Made by a program: the position numbers and the translations under genes. Below are positions 35,616 through 42,145 of a stretch of DNA of 42,145 nucleotides, one piece after another. The notes under the pieces were generated by a model that searched no databases, had not been told where the DNA came from, and worked only from the letters and a program-made list of their open reading frames with translations. Source of the stretch: Eledone cirrhosa (Eukaryota). How positions within the stretch are numbered: position 1 is the first letter of the stretch; each line of letters begins with the position of its first letter. The stretch is taken from positions 1-42,145 of the forward strand of contig CAXHJY010000477.1 in NCBI GenBank assembly GCA_964016885.1, read 5' to 3'.

Positions 35616-37976
35616 TTATACTTCTCTTAGGTCAGTGTTGTTTGTTTGGGTGTTGTTGTTGTTCCACTCATTCTTTCTGTTTAGCTTTGGTCTTCTAATT
35701 TCTATTTCACTGGCCTCTCTGATTTGCCTATCTGCTGGGTCATTCCTATGTTTAGATATTATTCTAATTTCTATGTTGTCTATGTTACCGTCATGATGTT
35801 GTCTAGCATGTTCGTATAGTACTGACCCGTTTTTTCGTCCTTTTAGTTCCCCCCAGTGTTGGTCTATCCTTTCACCTATGCTACGAGCTGTCTCACCTAT
35901 GTATGTTGTTGTCGTGTTTCTGCAAGTACCCTCTGTACATCTTATGCTATAGACTACGTTTCTAGTTTTACAGTTTATCCGGGGGTTCACCTTACATATG
36001 ATACATTTCCTATTGGTACAGTGGGTTTTCTTAAAAGGGTAGGTTTTGCTGATCAGGGATTTTATGGTGGTTCCTGGCTTTTCTACCACCTTTATTTTTA
36101 AGTGGGTCTTTCTCAGGGCCTTTCTACACTGGTTAGCTAATTTCCCTCCAGGGGTGGCGTCCACAAACATGACACTCTGATATCTCTGGTTGTCGTACCA
36201 TGATGTGGCCTTCCCTATCTTATGTCTAGCCCTATCTAAGCTATTCCATGATTTGCTCCTGTATAGTGGGCAAATTCCTTTCATGTCCAGTTCTATGAGG
36301 GTCTTATACTTTTCCATGGCTCCTTCGTATACTCTGACTCTGTCTCTTTGGTTGTAGCCAGAGAACTGCATGCGGTTGATGAAGTGTTGGATGTGTCCTT
36401 CCATTTCTGTTGGGTCGCACATGCTGGACACATTCTTCATCACTCGTACCAAATCTGCGATCAGAATATTAAACTTAGCACTACTGGACATTGCTGAGTT
36501 TTTGAGTATCAGGTATTTGGAGGCCATGGGTTTAGCATAGTGTGAGTGGAGAATTTGGGCTCTCTCGTCTATAGTGTTGATCCAGAGTTCTGTGTCTAAT
36601 ACAGGTAGTCTATTGTTAGGGTGTTTGGAAGGGAAGTCTATAGTTACAGTTATACTCTGGTGTATGGAATTAGCTATCTGCTGGATGCTTTCCATCGTGC
36701 TACGTTCTAAATCAAACTTGTTAGTGCTCTCTAGTGGGGGTGTTCTTATAACTATATTGATATCGTCTACATAACGAGAGTACATGATGAGGTCTATGGA
36801 GCTTTCATTAAGGAGATCTTTAAGTCTCCTTTCCCACCATACCATGAAAAGGTTGGCAACATCGCCAGCTATGCTGACGCCGATGGCTGCTCCCTCATTT
36901 TGGGTGTAGATTTTCTCATTGAACTTAAATATGTGGCCCTTTAGGGTAGTTTTGATACTAGCCCCTATTGCATGTGCGACCATTTTTCTTACCTGATCAG
37001 TGTTTTGGGGGGTCCGTATAGCTTTGGTCCACCCAATCCACCTTCCTATGGGAGTCTTTTTAGCCATTGAGGTTATGGTGGGGGGTCTACCTCTTATAGG
37101 TCTACTAGGGCAGAAACATCTAAGGTCATGGCTGTCTAGGTAGTCAGTGTCGTAGGTAAGTCTAAGTAGGAGGCCCAGTTCGTCTGTGTCGACGTCGCAG
37201 AACTCCACCTCACTCTCAATGATCATCTCCACACATCTTTTCACAGCAAAATCAATGTTAATGGATGGGTACAGTGACACCACATCCATGCTGCCTATTA
37301 TGCAGTTGGATAGGCTCCTGTTTTTGTTGCACTCACTGATTCTGCTGAGGAGGTCCTCTGTACTTTCACATACATCTGGGGACATCTTGATTATGGGGCG
37401 TATAACCATTGAGAGGAAGTAGGATATCCTGTAGTTGCTAGCTATATTAGCTCCGCATACAGGTCTTGTTGGTGGTCCTATTGTCGGGTCGTCGACTGTC
37501 TTGTGGTCTTTGCGGAGCCCATACAAGGGTGGTATGCCATTGTTAGACGCCTGGAAGTTGTTGGCAGTGCGTCTGCTTGGCTTTAGGATGTCAGTCCACA
37601 TCATCATGTGAGCGTTGAGGATTTTTTCTCTCCCATCGTGTGTTAGTTGTGCAACTTCGCTCGTGTTGGTGATGTGGGGTTGCATTGCCTCGATGTAGTT
37701 CGGCATGCTATCTATTGACATCCTACCAGACTTATCTGTGGGTAGACACACTACCTCACCATCCCTTGTGCGCTGCTTGAGGCTAACCAAGCCTTCTACA
37801 GGTTTTATCCCAAGTTGTTGGGCCTCTGGTCTGCTCTGTCTCATAGTGTACCTGTCTACTACTTGTCTAATCTTATTTCTAGCTATGGTGAACTGTGCCT
37901 CCGTCTCGTCATCTATTTGTTGTGGTATGCAAACTCTTTTATTAAAGGGTAACCTCGTAGGATAGATATTACCCAT
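35616..37976 (-). CDS. Truncated PLE ORF (786 aa, RT plus GIY-YIG, lacks N-terminus)
   Basis: Protein appears identical to the C-terminal 786 aa of 25452..29084; lacks native start and promoter. Confidence 0.7.
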   Translation of the reverse strand: MGNIYPTRLPFNKRVCIPQQIDDETEAQFTIARNKIRQVVDRYTMRQSRPEAQQLGIKPVEGLVSLKQRTRDGEVVCLPTDKSGRMSIDSMPNYIEAMQPHITNTSEVAQLTHDGREKILNAHMMMWTDILKPSRRTANNFQASNNGIPPLYGLRKDHKTVDDPTIGPPTRPVCGANIASNYRISYFLSMVIRPIIKMSPDVCESTEDLLSRISECNKNRSLSNCIIGSMDVVSLYPSINIDFAVKRCVEMIIESEVEFCDVDTDELGLLLRLTYDTDYLDSHDLRCFCPSRPIRGRPPTITSMAKKTPIGRWIGWTKAIRTPQNTDQVRKMVAHAIGASIKTTLKGHIFKFNEKIYTQNEGAAIGVSIAGDVANLFMVWWERRLKDLLNESSIDLIMYSRYVDDINIVIRTPPLESTNKFDLERSTMESIQQIANSIHQSITVTIDFPSKHPNNRLPVLDTELWINTIDERAQILHSHYAKPMASKYLILKNSAMSSSAKFNILIADLVRVMKNVSSMCDPTEMEGHIQHFINRMQFSGYNQRDRVRVYEGAMEKYKTLIELDMKGICPLYRSKSWNSLDRARHKIGKATSWYDNQRYQSVMFVDATPGGKLANQCRKALRKTHLKIKVVEKPGTTIKSLISKTYPFKKTHCTNRKCIICKVNPRINCKTRNVVYSIRCTEGTCRNTTTTYIGETARSIGERIDQHWGELKGRKNGSVLYEHARQHHDGNIDNIEIRIISKHRNDPADRQIREASEIEIRRPKLNRKNEWNNNNTQTNNTDLREV

Positions 37977-38389
37977 CTTATATGTTTTGTCAGCTGTGCA
38001 ACGAAAGATTTATGTAAACTATATATATATGTGTTTGTCTATATTGTATCTGTATTATTTTTGACCGCCGGTCAGTCAATGGCAACATTGAGGACCGAGT
38101 AAGTTAGATCGCAGATATATATATATAAAAGACAGCGAGAAGCGAAAACCAACCAAACAGTGAGTGTGTTCTGTTATTAATTCTGGCAATATTACGCAAA
38201 TATGACCCTCCCCAAATATAACAATATATATATATATATATATAAGTATTAAATTGTTAAACAATATTCAATGAATTATGTCAAAGAATGATTTTTACAG
38301 TAGATTGGAAGAACTCAACGAAAAAATAATTTTCAGGAGTTATTAATATAAATATTAATAAGATAGATGTTCTTTTGATCAATTACATT

Positions 38390-38438
38390 TTATTATACAT
38401 ATTTCGGATGTACAACAGTACGTCCTCATCAGACAAAA
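38390..38438 (-). ncRNA. Hammerhead-like motif with decayed stem I
   Basis: CUGAUGA-GGAcGUAC uguu GUACaUCC-GAAA-UAUG-UA. Confidence 0.55.
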
Positions 38439-38519
38439 TATAATTATACATGACATACCCTGAGATGTTAAATGGTTAAGATTTAAATATATATATATGT
38501 GTGTGTGTATGTGTGTGTA

Positions 38520-38660
38520 GTAATCACTGGTGAAGTCACAAATGTGTGACGAAAGAACTTTGACAATCAACAACTAAACACTTGACCCTCCCAAAGTATA
38601 ACTATGTTTCAACACATGTTTTCAGATAAGAAATCTTGTAAAACAAATTAGAAAAACGAA
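38520..38660 (+). mobile_element. Old pLTR relic of the sister PLE family
   Basis: Mutated HHR (CUGGUGA-a-GUCACA aaug UGUGAC-GAAAGAACUUUGAC) then TLPKYN / CFNTCFQIRNLVKQIRK (compare CFDTRFHIKNLAKLIHR). Confidence 0.75.
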
Positions 38661-38696
38661 GAGTTTCTGTGTGGGCGCGTAACGTCTGTATGGATA

Positions 38697-38788
<92 letters not shown>

Positions 38789-39155
38789 AATCTATATGTA
38801 TATAATACTATATATATATATAGAGAGAGAGAGACAGATGTTAGATATAAATATACATAATTACTGTTTGTACATCGACATGTCTCTCCCCCCCTCTCTC
38901 TCCACACACACACACACACACACACACGCACATTTACATATATATGTTCATGTACAATATATTTGCCGTTGCCTCGCCTACAACAATCCTACTAAATAAT
39001 AACCATAACAATCTCTCACTCTTTAACGTACTGAATGACCTCAGTGCACTTAACTCCTGCACCGACGCCGTCCACCGAATATGTTGTGTAGGGTGTATTT
39101 TATCTCTCTATTTAAACGAAGAGATTACTGTAGTTGTTGTAACGCTATTACCTAT

Positions 39156-39268
<113 letters not shown>

Positions 39269-39368
39269 TTTATAAATATATATATACATATATGCATATA
39301 TACATATTTATTGTTTACTGTACTTCCTAATTATTGTTGTTCATCTTGTTCGTCATATGCATATGGGC

Positions 39369-39456
<88 letters not shown>

Positions 39457-39486
39457 TTGTATATATATATATATATATTATATGAA

Positions 39487-39579
<93 letters not shown>

Positions 39580-39757
39580 AGCTTTGAAGTATTTTACTTT
39601 TACTTTTACTTTTTTGTGTATGCTACGAGAGGTGGTAGATGGTTGGTAGGTGGCGGTGGTGTTGCTTTCTTTCCGTTTTATGATTATAGATTATATACAA
39701 ATAGTTTTGCTGAATGTAACAGGTTGAACAGACACCCACACACCCACACACACACAC

Positions 39758-39815
<58 letters not shown>

Positions 39816-39818
<3 letters not shown>

Positions 39819-39978
39819 AAAATAGTCAGGACCCCGTCGGCTGAGCTCCGGCCGTTTCGACAGCTAGAGCCGAACTAACTCGGTTAGTTCGGATCTAGCT
39901 CAGCCCAATCTACTACCCTAAGTATCAAGTACTCTGATGTGTTATGGTCCACCTGGTTCCTTACCACACTTTCGTTGC
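39816..39978 (+). mobile_element. Short dispersed structured element, copy 3 (diverged)
   Basis: Homologous ends to 32865-33058; (TA)n on both sides. Confidence 0.7.
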
Positions 39979-40029
39979 TATATATATATATATATATGTG
40001 TGTGCGTATATATATATATATATGTATGT

Positions 40030-40572
40030 CAGGTCACCAGTTGGTGCTACTGGTAACATGTATCCCAGTACAACCTGTCCCATGGTCGTTGGCGACTAAA
40101 CTGGCAACCCCACCAAGGTTTCTTGGTGAAGAGGGTGACTTTGGACATCCTGCAGGACTAAAAACAAAACCTGTCAAAGGGCAAAGGAGCTCTTAAGAGT
40201 CAATGGCCATCCAAAATCACCGGGAGAGATGACCCCTTAGCCTTTGTCAAGGCAGAATTCTAGGAGAAGGAAAACTCTGATATAACACCTGCAACCCTGA
40301 TGGTATCCAATGATGTTGACTTGTTCTTCTTTTTGGTAAATATCATCTTGGTTAAGAGAGTGGGACTGGCTTTGTGCAGTGCCTTTGCTCACTATAAAAG
40401 CTTCACGGCACAGGCATTGCTTTATATCTGGAGATCTCTCTGCACTTGTCATCACATGGTACCATGGGCCCAGCACTATGTCAATAATTGTTACAAGTGT
40501 AGTGTTTGTACCAGAGTTTTCAAGTCGCTGGCTGGACTAAAAAGTCACACTCGTTCAGCGCATCGGTAAGGG
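40030..40572 (+). mobile_element. Non-autonomous RTE-like bipartite short element
   Basis: Shares ~390 bp with 34566-34960; 3' CSVCTRVFKSLAGLKSHTRSAH resembles the terminal C2H2 finger of RTE LINEs. Confidence 0.6.
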
Positions 40573-40703
40573 TTCTCCTACATGGATATATTACTGGTAG
40601 TTTATTTTATCAATCCCATAAGGATGAAAGGCAAAGTTAATCTAATAATAACATTCGATTCGTTTGCAATTATGCAAACAAGCCTCAATTTTATAGCCTA
40701 TGT

Positions 40704-40745
<42 letters not shown>

Positions 40746-40770
40746 CTGTATATGTATATATGTGTATATA

Positions 40771-40859
<89 letters not shown>

Positions 40860-41442
40860 CTGTATATGTGTGTATATATATAAACAATGAATTTATGGTT
40901 TATTGATTATTCAACAGAGTTAATTCTACAACAGATTAGAAGTATTCAACACCATTTATCTGGAGTATCATTAATATTGATAATATTAATAAATGGAAAA
41001 TATCTTTATAAAACCATATTTATTTTATTATACGTATTTCAAGGGTACTAATATTTAAGTATGCTTTCGTCATATAAAATATAATAATTGGTATTAAGAT
41101 AGTGACATATCTTCATGTGAACTTAATGGTATAAGTCCAGTGAAGAAAATATGAAGAAAACATTTTTTTGTTTCATGTTTTCTATTCATAACATCTCTGG
41201 CTGATGAACGATCCACGTGTATATTAATATTGTTTAGGGTCCTGAAATCTTTGGTAATGGAGTACGGTAGTTATATATTGTGTTGTTCATTTTCTAATTA
41301 AATAGCTCTGTTCTATACATTGAGCACTCTTTTTTGCTTTTTCTTCGGAATTACTTAAAACATATATATATATATACACACACACATATATATATATATA
41401 TATATTCACGTACTCCAGATGGAGTCATAGGGGCGCCGTAGT

Positions 41443-41546
<104 letters not shown>

Positions 41547-41964
41547 CTCTTCACACTAACAATTGTTATATACTTCCTATTAATTGATTGTTTATTTAAT
41601 TCCCTCTGTCATTGACCAAAACTAGTAAAGGAACCACACCACATATATATATATATGTATTTATACTATTTCTATTTGTCCTACAATTTATGTCCATGTT
41701 ATGTTTATCGCACATCGAAGTTTTTTATATTTTTGTTGATATTTGATAACTTCATAGTAAATTTTTTTTTTTCATGTCATAACTTTTTCTCCACATATCA
41801 CTGTTTTCCAATTGCTAGTATGTGTATTCAGAGAGAGATTTCATAAGTCCTTTTGCTATAATCTTAGCTATAATAAAGTAAGGAGTGCGAGACTGCGTAC
41901 GGTTTATTTCTTTTAATCCAATTAGTAAAAATAAGTTGGATTATTTTGAATAAATAATTGTTTC

Positions 41965-42138
41965 TACTTTAGGCACAAGGCCAGCAAATACCCAGTGCAT
42001 TACTGGTACTTTATTTTATCGACCCCGTAAGGATGAAAGGCAAAGTCAACCTCGGCGGGATTTGAACTCACATCGTAAAGGGACGTAACTATGTTGGAAA
42101 GCATGGCGTCTGACCCTCTACCGATACTGCCAATCCAC
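41965..42138 (-). mobile_element. tRNA-derived SINE
   Basis: B box GAGTTCAAATCC followed by GACTTTGCCTTTCATCC..GGGGTCGATAAAATAAAGTACCAGT on the minus strand; related fragments at 3530, 6158 and 40590. Confidence 0.7.
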
Positions 42139-42145
42139 ATGAATG

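Larger units (their letters stand above)
35036..38227 (-). mobile_element. Second copy of the PLE: 5'-truncated with an inverted pLTR segment, in (TA)n
   Basis: 35036-37996 is the reverse complement of the element from 26705 through the UTR into ORF codon ~29; 37995-38227 (+) equals pLTR 25245-25477. Confidence 0.92.

Noticed and set aside
41195-41265. CTGATGA...GAAA hammerhead-like motif
   Set aside because: Stem II is marginal and I could not form convincing stems I and III

Overview
AT-rich, microsatellite-dense eukaryotic repeat landscape with no recognisable host gene. The SINE sequences resemble those I recall from octopod cephalopods, so the host assignment is an inference. Three things dominate. 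(1) A 13.7-kb array of a 467-bp unit (27 direct units plus about 2 inverted units) in which every unit carries a minimal type I hammerhead ribozyme (HHR) and an octamer motif, i.e. a retrozyme-like array. (2) An intact Penelope-like element (PLE; 1210-aa RT plus C-terminal GIY-YIG, Asn-rich insert, 1.3-kb pseudo-LTR) and a near-identical 5'-truncated, 5'-inverted second copy. (3) Many short (TA)n-flanked, often fold-back, elements carrying intact or decayed HHRs, including one HHR with a large branched stem II insertion. The array, the PLE copies and the small elements share (TA)n target sites and outward-facing 3' ends, which suggests one PLE-driven, ribozyme-based mobilisation system. Older relics are also present: CRE, R4/Dong, RTE and HERO LINEs, a second PLE lineage, a hAT MITE and tRNA-derived SINEs. 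All calls come from reading by eye, with no database searches or folding runs.
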